A DNA stretch of 64,000 nucleotides from an uncultured delta proteobacterium (lineage in GTDB: Bacteria > Myxococcota_A > Polyangia > Palsa-1104), in NCBI GenBank assembly GCA_963785725.1, contig CAWAWS010000007.1, forward strand, positions 871,919 through 935,918. Reading direction: 5' to 3'. A model generated the notes under the pieces. It was given only the letters and a program-made list of their open reading frames with translations. It did no database searches and was not told the DNA's origin. The position numbers and the translations under genes are program-made. How positions within the stretch are numbered: position 1 is the first letter of the stretch; every line of letters starts with the position of its first letter. This document shows, one piece after another, positions 10,233 to 22,136 of this stretch.

Positions 10233-11018
10233 TTAGAGCAGCGCGGCGGCTGCTGCGGCGGCGAACGTGGCCGCGGCGTTGACGGCGTCGTTGCCGAAGC
10301 CGCGCCAGCCGCCGGCGCGAACGCCGTCGGTGCCGCAGTGGTGGCGGGCGGATTCGCTGTCGCGGTCGCAGCTCGGGCAGCGCCAGCGCGCTTGCACCGT
10401 CGCGCCCAACAGGCTGTCGGCGAGCGCGCCGGCGACGCCGAAGCCGACGGCGACCGCCATCGTGTGCAGCGGCCGCGCCGACGAAAAGGCCGCGACGACG
10501 CCGACGAGCAGCGCGCCGGCGAAGGCAGCGGCGAGACCGAGCGGCGACACGGCGCCCGACGTTCCACGCGGCACGCGCTGGAGGCGCACGAGCGACCACG
10601 GCTCGCCGCGCGACAAGACGCCCAGCTCCGTCGCCCACGTGTCGGCGTTGGCGGCGGCGAGGCCGGCGACGAACGCGTCCGCCCAATGCGGCGACGGCGA
10701 CCAGGCCATCGCCAGCGCCGCCAGCGTCGCTGCGCCGCCGTTGGCGAGCACTTGCCAGGCGTCGCGCGTGTCGCCTTTGTCGAACTCGCGCTTGACGGCC
10801 GCTTTGCGCATTTTGCCGACGCGTCCGAGCAGCGTCGACGTGACGAAGAACGCGCCGAGCACGCTGAACCAGCCGAAACCGCCGGCGCCGTAAATGATCG
10901 TGCCGACGAAGACGGCGGCGATGGCGCCCGAAGCGGCCAGCGAGCCGCGTCGCCAGGCGCCGACCGCGACGACGACCGAGAGGGCGAGCCCGACGAAGAC
11001 GCTGCCGCCGAGGCTCAT
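10233..11018 (-). CDS. DUF92 / TMEM19-family membrane protein
   Basis: RDAWQVLANGG, AAANADTWATELG, VPRGTSGAVSPLG, ADSLLGATVQA, GNDAVN. ATG at 11018 overlaps the upstream stop. Confidence 0.9.
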   Translation of the reverse strand: MSLGGSVFVGLALSVVVAVGAWRRGSLAASGAIAAVFVGTIIYGAGGFGWFSVLGAFFVTSTLLGRVGKMRKAAVKREFDKGDTRDAWQVLANGGAATLAALAMAWSPSPHWADAFVAGLAAANADTWATELGVLSRGEPWSLVRLQRVPRGTSGAVSPLGLAAAFAGALLVGVVAAFSSARPLHTMAVAVGFGVAGALADSLLGATVQARWRCPSCDRDSESARHHCGTDGVRAGGWRGFGNDAVNAAATFAAAAAAALL

Positions 11019-11824
11019 CGCCGCCGGCTCAGCTCGCCTTGTGCGGAAACCAGAATCCATCCGTCGTCGCGCACGGTGCCGTCGCTGGGCGGCTCGACAC
11101 AGGCGCCGCGCGACCACAAATAGCCGGTGTAAGCGCAGATGACGGCGTCGAACTTGTGGTCGTTGGCGAGGCCGTGCTCGCGCCAAGCGCCGGGCGCGAA
11201 CTTCAGGTCGGTCATGGCGTTCAGAATATCGAGGCGCGTCTGCGGCGAGTCGCCCGAGCGCTTGTAGCTGCCGGCGGTCTTGGCCGCGAACAGCTGCGTC
11301 AACGTCGCCTTCGGATAGACCTCGATCAAGTTCTCGTTCAGCCGATGCGTCGACCCGAGCGCGCGCGTCAGATAAGCCGCGCGTGCCGTCAAGGGACCCA
11401 TGCCTTGGCCGAGCGTCTCGCGCGGCATGATGTGCTGCTCTTCGTGCAACAGCACTTCCGTCGCCCGCTGCGTATACGGCGTGTATTTCGGCTTCTTGCC
11501 GGCCACGCGCGCGCCGTTTTCACGCTCGCGAAACCAGCGGACAATCGACACGTCGCACGCTTCCAAGCCCGGACAGGCCGGCAGCTGACAGCGCACGCAG
11601 CCCGGCAGGGTCAACGGCGCGTCGACGGCCACCAGCGCCTGCGGATATTCGCGCAAGTAGGCCAGCAGCCGATCGTCGTACCAAGGCTCGGACTTGCCCG
11701 TGCCGTAGTCGCGCACTTCGAGGATCGCCGGCGTCCCATCCACGAGCTCGAGGCGCGCCACGGCGGTGTTCTTGCCCTTGCCGCCTCCGAGATCGACGCC
11801 GATGAAGGTGGAAAACGCCATCAA
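11015..11824 (-). CDS. DUF429-family predicted nuclease (RNase H-like fold)
   Basis: [38 protein letters not shown]. Confidence 0.85.
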   Translation of the reverse strand: MMAFSTFIGVDLGGGKGKNTAVARLELVDGTPAILEVRDYGTGKSEPWYDDRLLAYLREYPQALVAVDAPLTLPGCVRCQLPACPGLEACDVSIVRWFRERENGARVAGKKPKYTPYTQRATEVLLHEEQHIMPRETLGQGMGPLTARAAYLTRALGSTHRLNENLIEVYPKATLTQLFAAKTAGSYKRSGDSPQTRLDILNAMTDLKFAPGAWREHGLANDHKFDAVICAYTGYLWSRGACVEPPSDGTVRDDGWILVSAQGELSRRR

Positions 11825-12210
11825 ATGCGCCGTTGCGGTCCTGGAATCTCTTGCACGCCGGCCGCGCGCACGCGGTTGTGCTCGTCGACGAGCACGACCT
11901 TCGGCGTCCAGCCTTTGATCTCGTGCGCCTCGAGCTCGGCGAAGGTGGCGATGATGACGAGGTCACCCGGCTGCATGAGATGCGCGGCCGCGCCGTTGAT
12001 GCAGATGACGCCCGAATCCGGCTCGCCGCGCAGCGCGTAGGTCTCGAGCCGCGTTCCGCGCGTCACGTTCCAGATGTGGACATGCTCGTTGGGCAGAATA
12101 TCGGCCGCTTCGAGCAGGTTGGAATCGATCGTCACCGAGCCTTCGTAGTCGACGTCGGCTTGCGTCACTCGGGCGCGGTGGATCTTCGATTTGAAAAACG
12201 ATCGGCGCAT
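11821..12210 (-). CDS. panD: Aspartate 1-decarboxylase
   Basis: [23 protein letters not shown] (G-S autocleavage site), [16 protein letters not shown]. Confidence 0.97.
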   Translation of the reverse strand: MRRSFFKSKIHRARVTQADVDYEGSVTIDSNLLEAADILPNEHVHIWNVTRGTRLETYALRGEPDSGVICINGAAAHLMQPGDLVIIATFAELEAHEIKGWTPKVVLVDEHNRVRAAGVQEIPGPQRRI

Positions 12211-12256
12211 CGATTGGTCTACTTATAGCACCCTTTTATGGGCGAGGAGGTACGCC

Positions 12257-13186
12257 GTGCCCCGCGCCATGTGGTCTGGCTCCATCAGCTTTGGTCTCGT
12301 GAACATCCCCGTCAAGATGTACAAGGCGACGGCCGCAGCTTCGGGACGCGCGGTCTCCTTCCATCAGATCCATGCCACCTGCGGCACGCGCATCAAGATG
12401 AAACGCTGGTGTCCCAAAGACGACGTCGAAGTTCCGTGGGACGAGGTGGTCAAAGGCTACGAAGTCGCAAAAGGCAAGTACGTCCCCATCGCCGCCGCCG
12501 AGCTCGACGCGCTCCTGCCCGACGATGACTACGCCGCCGTCGCCATCGAGAGCTTCGTCGGCCTCGCCGAGGTCGATCCCATCTACTTCGATCGCGCCTA
12601 TTACCTGTCGCCCGACGGCGCGACTTCGCCCAAGGCCTACGCGCTCTTGCATCGTGTGCTCGCGGACGCGGCGAAGGTGGCGGTGGCGCGCGTGCTCTTG
12701 CGGACGCGGTCGCATTTGGCGCTGGTGCGCGTGCTCGGCGACCACTTGGTCTTGGAGACGATGTTCTTCGCCAGCGAGCTGACCGACATCGGCGACGTGG
12801 CCGGAGTGGCCAAAGGTAAGGCGCAGGTCGAGCCGCGGCAGCTGAAGATGGCCGAGCAGCTCGTCGAATCCATGACCATCGACTGGGATCCCGCGCGCTA
12901 CAAAGACGAATACGCGACCAAAGTGAACGAGGTGATCGCCAAGAAGCTGCGCGGCGGCGAAGTGTTGGAGTCGCCGGTCGACGGCGAAGGCGGGCAGGTC
13001 GTCGACCTGATGGACGCGCTGCAGCGCTCGATCGCGGCTACGAAAGCGCCGGGCAAGAAGCGCGCGGAGACGCTCGCCGACGTCGCCGAGCTGCGGCCGA
13101 TCGCGCGCGTCTCGGCCGTCAAGCAGCCGCGCAAACGCGCGCACGCCGCCACGCGCACGCCGCGCGCGGCGACCACGAAACGTTAG
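12257..13186 (+). CDS. ku: Non-homologous end-joining protein Ku
   Basis: PRAMWSGSISFGLVNIPVKMY, VKGYEVAKGKYV, VDPIYFDRAYYL, VVDLMDALQRS, basic tail. GTG start follows GAGGAGG. Confidence 0.95.
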   Translation: MPRAMWSGSISFGLVNIPVKMYKATAAASGRAVSFHQIHATCGTRIKMKRWCPKDDVEVPWDEVVKGYEVAKGKYVPIAAAELDALLPDDDYAAVAIESFVGLAEVDPIYFDRAYYLSPDGATSPKAYALLHRVLADAAKVAVARVLLRTRSHLALVRVLGDHLVLETMFFASELTDIGDVAGVAKGKAQVEPRQLKMAEQLVESMTIDWDPARYKDEYATKVNEVIAKKLRGGEVLESPVDGEGGQVVDLMDALQRSIAATKAPGKKRAETLADVAELRPIARVSAVKQPRKRAHAATRTPRAATTKR

Positions 13187-13198
13187 CGGCCGTGAGCG

Positions 13199-14020
13199 TT
13201 AGAAGCGCGAGTCGGAGAGCGGATGTTGCGCGACGAAGTCGAGCACGGCGCGGTTGAACTTGTCGGCCTGCTCGACGTTGAAGCCGTGCGAGCCGCCTTC
13301 GAGCTTCAGCAGCGTCGAGTCGGGAATGAGCCGGTGCAGCTCGTCCGATCCGCGCGGCGCCACCAGCATGTCGGCGGTTCCCGTCATCACCAGCGTCGGC
13401 AGCGTCAGCGACGGAAGCCGGCTCACCGTGTCGTGATTCATGACCGCCATGTACTGCGCGGAGAAGCCCTCCATCGAGAAGTTGTTCATCGTCTGCTCGC
13501 GCAAGGAGCGCAGCCAATCGAGCTCGCGCGTGATGAACTCGGGCGTCAACACCAGGCCCATCATGAACTTGAACAGCTGGATCGGATCGACGGCGGTCGG
13601 GTTCGCCGGATTGAACGGCGAGTGCGCCGCCTGCGCGCGCGCTTCGTCGTCGGGCTTGGCGAACGTGCACGCCAGCGTCAGCGACGCCAAGCGATCGGGA
13701 TGGCGCAGCGCGAGCTCCTGCGCGATCATTCCGCCCATGCTGAGGCCGAGCACGTGCGCGCGATCGAAGCCGCAGGCGTCCATGATCGCGAGCGCGTCGT
13801 CGGCCATCGCCGCCGTCGAATACGGACCGGCCGGCTTGTCCGAGCGGCCCATGCCGCGATTGTCGAACACGCACACGCGATGATGACGCGCGAACACCGG
13901 CGTCTGAAACTGCCAGAACTGCAGCGTCGCACCGAGGCCCATGATGCAAAAGAGCGGATCGCCCGCGTCGCCGTGGCGCTCGTAGTAGAGGTTGACGCCG
14001 TCGTGGCTCGTGGTCGGCAT
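13199..14020 (-). CDS. Alpha/beta hydrolase
   Basis: FDNRGMGRS, GLSMGG nucleophile elbow, GTADML, GGSHG. Confidence 0.92.
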   Translation of the reverse strand: MPTTSHDGVNLYYERHGDAGDPLFCIMGLGATLQFWQFQTPVFARHHRVCVFDNRGMGRSDKPAGPYSTAAMADDALAIMDACGFDRAHVLGLSMGGMIAQELALRHPDRLASLTLACTFAKPDDEARAQAAHSPFNPANPTAVDPIQLFKFMMGLVLTPEFITRELDWLRSLREQTMNNFSMEGFSAQYMAVMNHDTVSRLPSLTLPTLVMTGTADMLVAPRGSDELHRLIPDSTLLKLEGGSHGFNVEQADKFNRAVLDFVAQHPLSDSRF

Positions 14021-14043
14021 GCGCACCAAGGTAGCACGCGGGC

Positions 14044-15057
14044 ATGATGCGGCGCGCGCTCGGCTGGCTCGTCCTCGGCATCATCGTCAGCGTCGCGGCG
14101 CTGGCGCTCGGCTTCTTTCGCGTGACCTTCGCCGGCGGCGTGCGCGTCGCGCCGCGCATCGACGGCCACGCGCTGAAGGCGGCGCTCGCCGGTGTGCGCG
14201 TCGGCTGGCTGAGCCTGTATGCGCTCGTGAACGTCATGACGCTGGTGCTGCGGGCCCTGCAGCTGCAGGCGCTGGCGCGACGACGAGACGCTACGGCGCC
14301 GCGGTTTTACGCCTGTTACCAAGCCGTGGCGGTGGCGATGGCGGCGCAGAATCTGCTGCCGGCGCGGCTGAGCGAGGCGCTGCGCGTCGTGACGTTGGCG
14401 CGCGCCGACGATGTCGCGCTGGCGTCGGCGACGGGCGCGGTCGTGTTCGGGCGCGTGCTCGATCTGCTGTCGCTGTTGGCGGCGGTGTCGTTGCCGCTCT
14501 TGGTGCTCGACCTGCCGGCGGCGCACGCGCGTTGGCTGCGGGAGGCGGCGCTGCTCGCGCTCGTCGTGGCGCTGCTGGCGATCGCGCTCCTGGCGCTGCT
14601 GTATGGCCGTCGCGAGCGGCTGGCGGCGCGAACGGCGCGACGCTGGCCGCGGCTGGCGCCGGTGATCAGCGGCTTCGCCGAAGGGCTGTCCGCGCTCGCC
14701 GATCGACGCCGCTTGGCGACGGCGACATTGGTCTCGCTAGCGATTCCGCTGACGCTGGCGTCGAGCTACGCCTGCGCGTTGGCGGCGTTCGGCCTCGAGG
14801 GTTTGCCGGCGGGAACGGCGCTGATCTTGGCCGCGGCGGTGCTGTGCGCCATCGCCGTGCCGTCGGCGCCGTCGGCGCTCGGCGTCTACCACGCGGCGGC
14901 GACGTGGACGTTGGTCGCGCTCGGCGCGCCGGCGGCCAATGCGGCGGCGTTCGCGCTGGCGACCCACGCGGTCAGCGTCGTCAGCTTCATCGCCATCGGC
15001 GCCGTGGCGCTGGCGCAGCTCGGCGGCCGCGGCTGGTTTCGCGCGCCCGCTGCATAA
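14044..15057 (+). CDS. Lysylphosphatidylglycerol synthase TM / UPF0104 flippase-like membrane protein
   Basis: Multi-TM protein; NLLPARLSEALR, GRVLDL, VPSAPSALGVYH. Confidence 0.85.
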   Translation: MMRRALGWLVLGIIVSVAALALGFFRVTFAGGVRVAPRIDGHALKAALAGVRVGWLSLYALVNVMTLVLRALQLQALARRRDATAPRFYACYQAVAVAMAAQNLLPARLSEALRVVTLARADDVALASATGAVVFGRVLDLLSLLAAVSLPLLVLDLPAAHARWLREAALLALVVALLAIALLALLYGRRERLAARTARRWPRLAPVISGFAEGLSALADRRRLATATLVSLAIPLTLASSYACALAAFGLEGLPAGTALILAAAVLCAIAVPSAPSALGVYHAAATWTLVALGAPAANAAAFALATHAVSVVSFIAIGAVALAQLGGRGWFRAPAA

Positions 15058-15574
15058 GCCCGTCGCTCGGGCTGTCCCCTCGCGCTAACCCGCGGTACTC
15101 ATGTTTCCGACCGCGACACTTGCGCGCCGACCTGCGGACGACAAGTGGCACGGTGGGGTCTCGCTGAACCGTCGCGACTTTCCCCAGCCGCCGTGGCAGG
15201 CGCCGCCGTCGTGGTGGGGCGCGCAGGCTCCAGCGAATGCGCACGACGAGTTGCGCCGCGCGTCGTCTCCAGCCGCGAAAACCGTACGGAATGAGGCTCC
15301 CGACGCTGTGGCGAGGGCAAAATTCGTTCGCCGCCCGCGTAACGAAGCGAGGGCGTCTTAGACGGAACGTGCGGATGTAAGGTTCCCGCATACTGCGCCC
15401 GATATGCTGCGGCCTCGATCCCCCAGCCTGCGCGCGTCGCCATTCGCCACACTCCGGCGAGGTTGCGATCATCAGCTAACGATTCGATTTTTGGGCGGAT
15501 CAAGCGTGCGGTGGCGATTGGCGAGCCGCTTGCTGAGCAGGTGCGTCACACGGTTCCTCGAAGGAGCGGCGCAC

Positions 15575-17214
15575 ATGACGAGACGCATGAAGCAGACGCA
15601 CCAAACTCAGCGAGCCTCGCTGTTCGTGTCGATGGTGGGGGCGCTCGCGGCGTTCGCCATCGTGTCGCCGGCGAACGCCGAGACGACGACCGATCACCTC
15701 GTGCGCCCCGACGGCATGCACATGGAGCCGCTCGGCTGCGCGTCGGGTCCGGGCTACCACTGCCGCGCGCATCGCTGGGTCAACGCCGACGGCTCGGCGA
15801 TCATCGCGCCGCGCGCCGCCGCGCCGCAAGGTCTCGCGCCCGCCGACATCGTCTCCGCATATAAGATCGATACGACGCTCGGCGCCGGCATGACCGTCGC
15901 CATCGTCGACGCCTACGCCTACGACTTGGCCGAGAGCGATCTGGCGGCCTATCGCAAGCAGTACAACTTGCCGGCGTGCACCGTCCGCCAGCGGCTGCCT
16001 CAAGGTCGTCGGCGGCACCGGCGGCACGCCGCCCGCCGGCAACGACGGCGGCAACGGCTGGAACGGCGAAGCGGCGCTCGACCTCGACATGGTCTCGGCC
16101 GCCTGCCCGCTGTGCAAAATCATCCTCATCCTGGCCACGAGCGCCAGCAACAGCGCGCTCGACGCCGGCGAGCAGACCGCGGCGACGTTGGGCGCGACCG
16201 TCGTCAGCAACAGCTGGGGCGGCGCCGACGCCAACCCGTCGTCGGAAGAGAAGTACTTCCAGACGACGCCGCCGATCGGCATCTTCGTCGCCGCCGGCGA
16301 TTCCGGCTACAACAACGGCGGCCAAGGCCCCGACTATCCGAGCACGTCGCTCTACGTCATCGGCGTCGGCGGCACGGTGCTGACGAAGTCGTCGTCGGCG
16401 GCGCGTGGCTGGACCGAGGCGCCGTGGTCGGACGCCGGCAGCTCCTGCTCGACGACGTTCGCCAAGCCCAGCTACCAGACCGCGTTCGTGCCCGCGTCGG
16501 CGTGCGCCGGTCGCGCGGCGTCGGACATCTCGGTCGTCGCCGACAATATCGCCACCTATCAGGGCGGCTGGCAGCTCGTCGGCGGCACCAGCGCCGCGTC
16601 GCCGCTGGCGGCCGCGATCTTCGCCATGAGCGGTCACGGCGCCGCCAAGGCCGACTTCGTCTACGCCAACCCGACGGCGTTCTTCGACATCACGACGGCG
16701 ACCAAGAACGGCACCTGCGGCTCGCCGATGTGCGCGGGCGCGGTCGGCTGGGACGGCCCGACGGGCTTGGGCACGCCGAACGTGGCCTCGCTGGCGGCGA
16801 TCGGCGGCGGAACGGCCGGCGGCGGCGGCACCGGTGGCGGCGGCGGAACGGCCGGCGGCGGTGGCACGGCTGGCGGCGGCGGAACGGCCGGTGGCGGCGG
16901 CACGACGGTTCACGACATGGCAGTGCCCGAGGATCTGGCGACGCCGATCGAGCACGACATGGCGATCGGCGACGACCTCGCCGTCGGTGGCATCGGCCGG
17001 CGGCACGGGCTCGGCCGGCGGCACGGGCTCGGCCGGCGGCACGGGCTCGGCCGGCGGCACGGGCTCGGCCGGCGGCAACGGCTCGGGCGGCGGCAAAGGC
17101 GGCGGCGACGGCGGCCTTGGCTGCAACTTCGGCGGCACGCAGGACGCCTCGGCCGCGCTCCCGTTCGCGCTCTTGCTGTTCGGCTTCGTGATCTCGCGTC
17201 GCCGCCGCGCCTAA
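15575..17214 (+). CDS. Secreted S53 (sedolisin-like) serine peptidase with Gly-rich linker and MYXO-CTERM; two frameshifts in this sequence
   Basis: Signal peptide; VAIVDAY, GEAALDLDMVSA, VSNSWG, AAGDSG, GGTSAASP, GWDGPTGLGTP. Tail GLGCNFGG...LPFALLLFGFVISRRRRA. Frame changes near 15985 and 16995. Confidence 0.85.
16804..17090 (+). repeat. Two arrays of 18-bp coding tandem repeats (GGGGTA and AGGTGS peptides)
   Basis: GGCGGCGGCGGAACGGCC-type units at ~16804-16906; GCCGGCGGCACGGGCTCG units at ~16996-17085. Confidence 0.85.
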
Positions 17215-17243
17215 TCGCGCCTCTCGGCGACGGCAAGCTCCGC

Positions 17244-17279
17244 AAGCCCACCGCGTTTCGGCGCGGTGGGCTTTTCTTT
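17244..17279 (+). terminator. Rho-independent terminator
   Basis: AAGCCCACCGCG-tttcgg-CGCGGTGGGCTT followed by TTCTTT, just after the peptidase stop. Confidence 0.85.
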
Positions 17280-17367
17280 GCCGGCGATCGACGCCCTGCA
17301 TCGGCGCCGTGGTCGCGGCCGTTCTGCGGGAAATTCGCGGTGGATTGGTGCGGGCGAAGGTGCGGCG

Positions 17368-17802
17368 CTACTCGGAGGCCGAGGCGCGCACGACTTCGGG
17401 GTGCAACACTTCGTCTTCCTGCTTCATGCGGCGCCACAACGTCCCCAGCACGGCGCGCGTCTCTTCGATGAACTGCCAGGGCGCGATCGCGATCGCCGCC
17501 GACGACGGCCAGCTCGCGCGATACTCCGCGAACTCCGCCTGCACCTGCGCGCGCTCGGTCCAAAAGCGCTCGGCCAGCGCGCGCAGCTGCGGATCGGGAT
17601 GGTGCAACAGGCCCGGATAGAGCGAGCGCTCTTCCGTCGCCAGGTGCTTGTCGAGGATGGTGCCGAGCGCGGCCAGCGCGCGGAACGCGAAGGCGGCTCC
17701 GTCGCGCTGCAGCTTCGTCACGTCGAGCCAGCCGATCATCTCGGTCGCGACCTGCACCAGCTCGCCGTGTTGGCGGCTCAGGCTCTCGATGATTTGCTGC
17801 AT
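17368..17802 (-). CDS. Hemerythrin-domain protein
   Basis: LSRQHGEL, HLATEERSLYP, RRMKQEDEVLHP. Confidence 0.8.
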   Translation of the reverse strand: MQQIIESLSRQHGELVQVATEMIGWLDVTKLQRDGAAFAFRALAALGTILDKHLATEERSLYPGLLHHPDPQLRALAERFWTERAQVQAEFAEYRASWPSSAAIAIAPWQFIEETRAVLGTLWRRMKQEDEVLHPEVVRASASE

Positions 17803-17927
17803 GATTCTATTTATACGATCGACGCGACTTGTAAGATCATTAACGATAAAAAAACGTGATGAAACGCGTCATAACCTCCGAAAACTGGGCTATTTGTATG
17901 ATTTGTTACGACTATAACAGCTGAGTT

Positions 17928-18662
17928 CTAGGAGGCGATCTCGTCGATTTCGTCTACCACGCTGAGGATGCGCCGGGCTTCGGCGAGGCAGTCGCGGGTG
18001 ACGACGTCGAAGTAGTCGATCTCGGCCGAGCCCTGCGCGCCTTCGCGCTCGCGGATGCGGTCGCGGGCGCGGGTCAGCGCCTGGACGATCGCTTTGGCGG
18101 CCGTCTTCACCGTCGGATAGGCGGCGGCGGCGAGGATGTCGCGCATGGCCAGCTGGCCGTCCTCGGGCATGTGACCGCCCGATTTGTCGAGCCGCTTCAA
18201 GAAGGCGTCGGCGACGCGCGTGGCCATCGCTTTGAGCTCGGCGTTCTTGCGCTTGAGCTCGGCGATGAGCTCGGCGTTGTCGCGGCCGAGCTGATAGTGC
18301 TCGAGCGCGTGCGCGATGATCATGCGCAATTCTTCCGGTCCCCACGGCTTGGTGACGTAGCGATAGACCTCGCCGCGGTTGATGGCCTCGATGAGATCGG
18401 ACGCATCCGGATAGGCGGTGAGGACGATTCGCATCGCCGCCGAGAGCCCTTTGGCTTCCTCGAGCAGCTCGACTCCCGAGCGGCCAGGCATCGACTTGTC
18501 GGCCAAGATGAGGTCGATGTGACGACCTTCATCGCGCAGGATTTGGAGCGCGCCGTCCGCCGATTCGGCGCGCACCAAGTCGTAGTCGTGCCGGAGGACG
18601 CGGGTCAGCGCGTCGAGGTTGAGCGGATCGTCGTCGACAATCAGTAGTCGGTAGCGCACCAA
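17928..18662 (-). CDS. Response regulator (REC + coiled coil + helical C-terminal domain)
   Basis: LLIVDDD, ILADKSMPGRSG, AINRGEVYRYVTKPW. Confidence 0.88.
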   Translation of the reverse strand: MVRYRLLIVDDDPLNLDALTRVLRHDYDLVRAESADGALQILRDEGRHIDLILADKSMPGRSGVELLEEAKGLSAAMRIVLTAYPDASDLIEAINRGEVYRYVTKPWGPEELRMIIAHALEHYQLGRDNAELIAELKRKNAELKAMATRVADAFLKRLDKSGGHMPEDGQLAMRDILAAAAYPTVKTAAKAIVQALTRARDRIREREGAQGSAEIDYFDVVTRDCLAEARRILSVVDEIDEIAS

Positions 18663-18686
18663 GCCGGGATTTTATACGATCTTGCA

Positions 18687-19004
18687 ATGTCACGCATCGA
18701 AGCCATTCAGAAGATCGTCGCGCAGTCGCCCAATGATCCGTTCCCGCGCTATGGGCTGGCCATGGAATACAAGAATGCCGGGCGCGCCGAAGAGGCGCAT
18801 CAAGCGTTCGCCGAGCTGGAGACGCGCTTTCCCGACTACGTCGCGCAATACCTGATGCACGGCAACGTGCTCGCGTCGCTGCACAAGATCGAAGAGGCCA
18901 AAGGCGTCTACGAGCGCGGCATCGCGGCCGCGCGCAAAAAAGGCGACGCCCACGCGCTCGGCGAGCTGCAAGGCGCCCTCGCCGGTCTGCCGAGCGACGA
19001 CTAG
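18687..19004 (+). CDS. Small tetratricopeptide-repeat protein
   Basis: PNDPFPRYGLAMEY, PDYVAQYLMHG, GDAHALGELQ. Confidence 0.85.
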   Translation: MSRIEAIQKIVAQSPNDPFPRYGLAMEYKNAGRAEEAHQAFAELETRFPDYVAQYLMHGNVLASLHKIEEAKGVYERGIAAARKKGDAHALGELQGALAGLPSDD

Positions 19005-19163
19005 GGGCTGTTCTCAATTGGCGGACCGAGCCAAGCGCCGCGAGGAGCCGCGGCTGCGAGGCGCGAAGAGCGAAGCTACTGGCGGTAACTGAGCGATGAG
19101 CAACGAAGCAGACGCGGCCCGCAGCAAAGCTTGGCGACGGGAGCTGATTGAGAACAGCCCCTA
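19002..19163. mobile_element. MITE (non-autonomous miniature inverted-repeat element)
   Basis: Perfect 17-bp inverted repeats TAGGGGCTGTTCTCAAT (19002-19018) and ATTGAGAACAGCCCCTA (19147-19163), TA at both ends, no transposase. Confidence 0.8.
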
Positions 19164-19185
19164 AGCCGCACAAAAATCGTCGGCG

Positions 19186-20816
<1,631 letters not shown>

Positions 20817-20820
<4 letters not shown>

Positions 20821-22136
20821 TGCTGGCGGCGTTGCTGTTGATCCCGACGGTGGCGGTCATGCCGTTCAAAGATTTATCGGGCGGTCGTGGTCAGGTCGGC
20901 GAGGCGATTCGCGAGACGGTGACGTCGGATCTGAAGGGCGTCGACGGGCTCAAAGTCGTGGAGCGCGGCGACATCGACAAGATCATCGCCGAGCAGAATT
21001 TACAGGGAAAAAAGAACGATCTCGGCATGGGCGAGTCGATTCGCGTCGGCACGCTCTTGGGCGCGACGTTGATCGTGGCCGGCTCCTATCAAAAGGCGGC
21101 GACGCAGGTGCGGCTCATCGCCCGCTTCGTCGACGTGGCGACGGGCGAAATCAAAGGCAGCGCCAAGGTCGACGGCGCGACGGCGGACTTCTTGTCGCTG
21201 CAAGATCGCATCACGACCGAGCTATGCAAGTCGGCGGGCATGTCGCAAAAGAGCGTGCAGCTGTTCGCCAAGCGCACGCGGCCGAAGGTCAAAAGCTTCA
21301 AGGCCATCGAGCTCTACGGCGACGCGGTGACGCAGACCGACGACGGGAAAAAGGCCGAGCTGTTGAAGCTGTCGCTGCACGAAGATCCACAGTTTACGTA
21401 CGCTTCGCACGATCTCGACGAGCTCGAGCAGCGCATGAAGAAGTACGCGGCGGTGTCGGATTCGGCGCAGCGCAACGAGACGGCGGAGCTCTTGCGCAAG
21501 CTCAAGGACGAGAAGGATCCGATGCAGCGCTACATGCAATACAGCATGCTGTCGGGCCGTCTCATGCAGCAAGGGCGTTGGCGCACGTTGATCGCGGTGT
21601 CGCGCACGATCGTCGCCGATCCGCCGAAGCTGCCGACCACGATGCCGGTTTCGGCCGATCAGACGGCGCAAGACAACATCATTCGCGCTTACGATCAGCT
21701 GCACGACGACGACGGCGTCTTGCGCGAAGGCGAGAAGTATCTGGCGAAATATCCGGCGTCGATGACGATCACCGTCGTGCGCATGTGGATGAACAACGCA
21801 ATCAATCACAAGCACGCCGTGGCCGACGGCGTGCAGGGCGCGGCGGCGGCGCTGGCGAAGCTGCCGCCGGCGGAGCGCGAAGATCCGTGCAAGCGCGCGC
21901 AGATTTACGCCGACAACGAGCAGAAGAAGGACGCCAAGCGCAACTGGATCGCGTGCGATGCCAAGGGCGGTCCGCCGCATTGGCCGCCGGGCAACATGGC
22001 GATCATTTTGGCGCGGCTGGCGCTCGATACGAACGACGTCGGGCTCATGAAGTCGTCGATGGCGCGGCTGCAGAAGGAGAGCCCGCAGCAGTATCGTCAG
22101 CTGCAGTTTTGGGAGACGCTGGTCAGCGACGAATGA
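20817..22136 (+). CDS. CsgG/TolB-N-like domain protein with helical (TPR-like) C-terminus
   Basis: TVAVMPFKDL, VVERGDIDKIIAEQ, VGTLLGATLIVAGSYQ, VRLIARFVDVATGEI. Overlaps the kinase stop. Confidence 0.8.

Noticed and set aside
15058..15574. tmRNA, RNase P RNA or c-di-GMP riboswitch
   Set aside because: The conserved terminal or core motifs were not found on either strand.
17803..17927. CRP/FNR-type site in the AT-rich stretch upstream of the hemerythrin gene
   Set aside because: It is probably a promoter region, but no convincing TGTGA-N6-TCACA or TTGAT-N4-ATCAA match was found.
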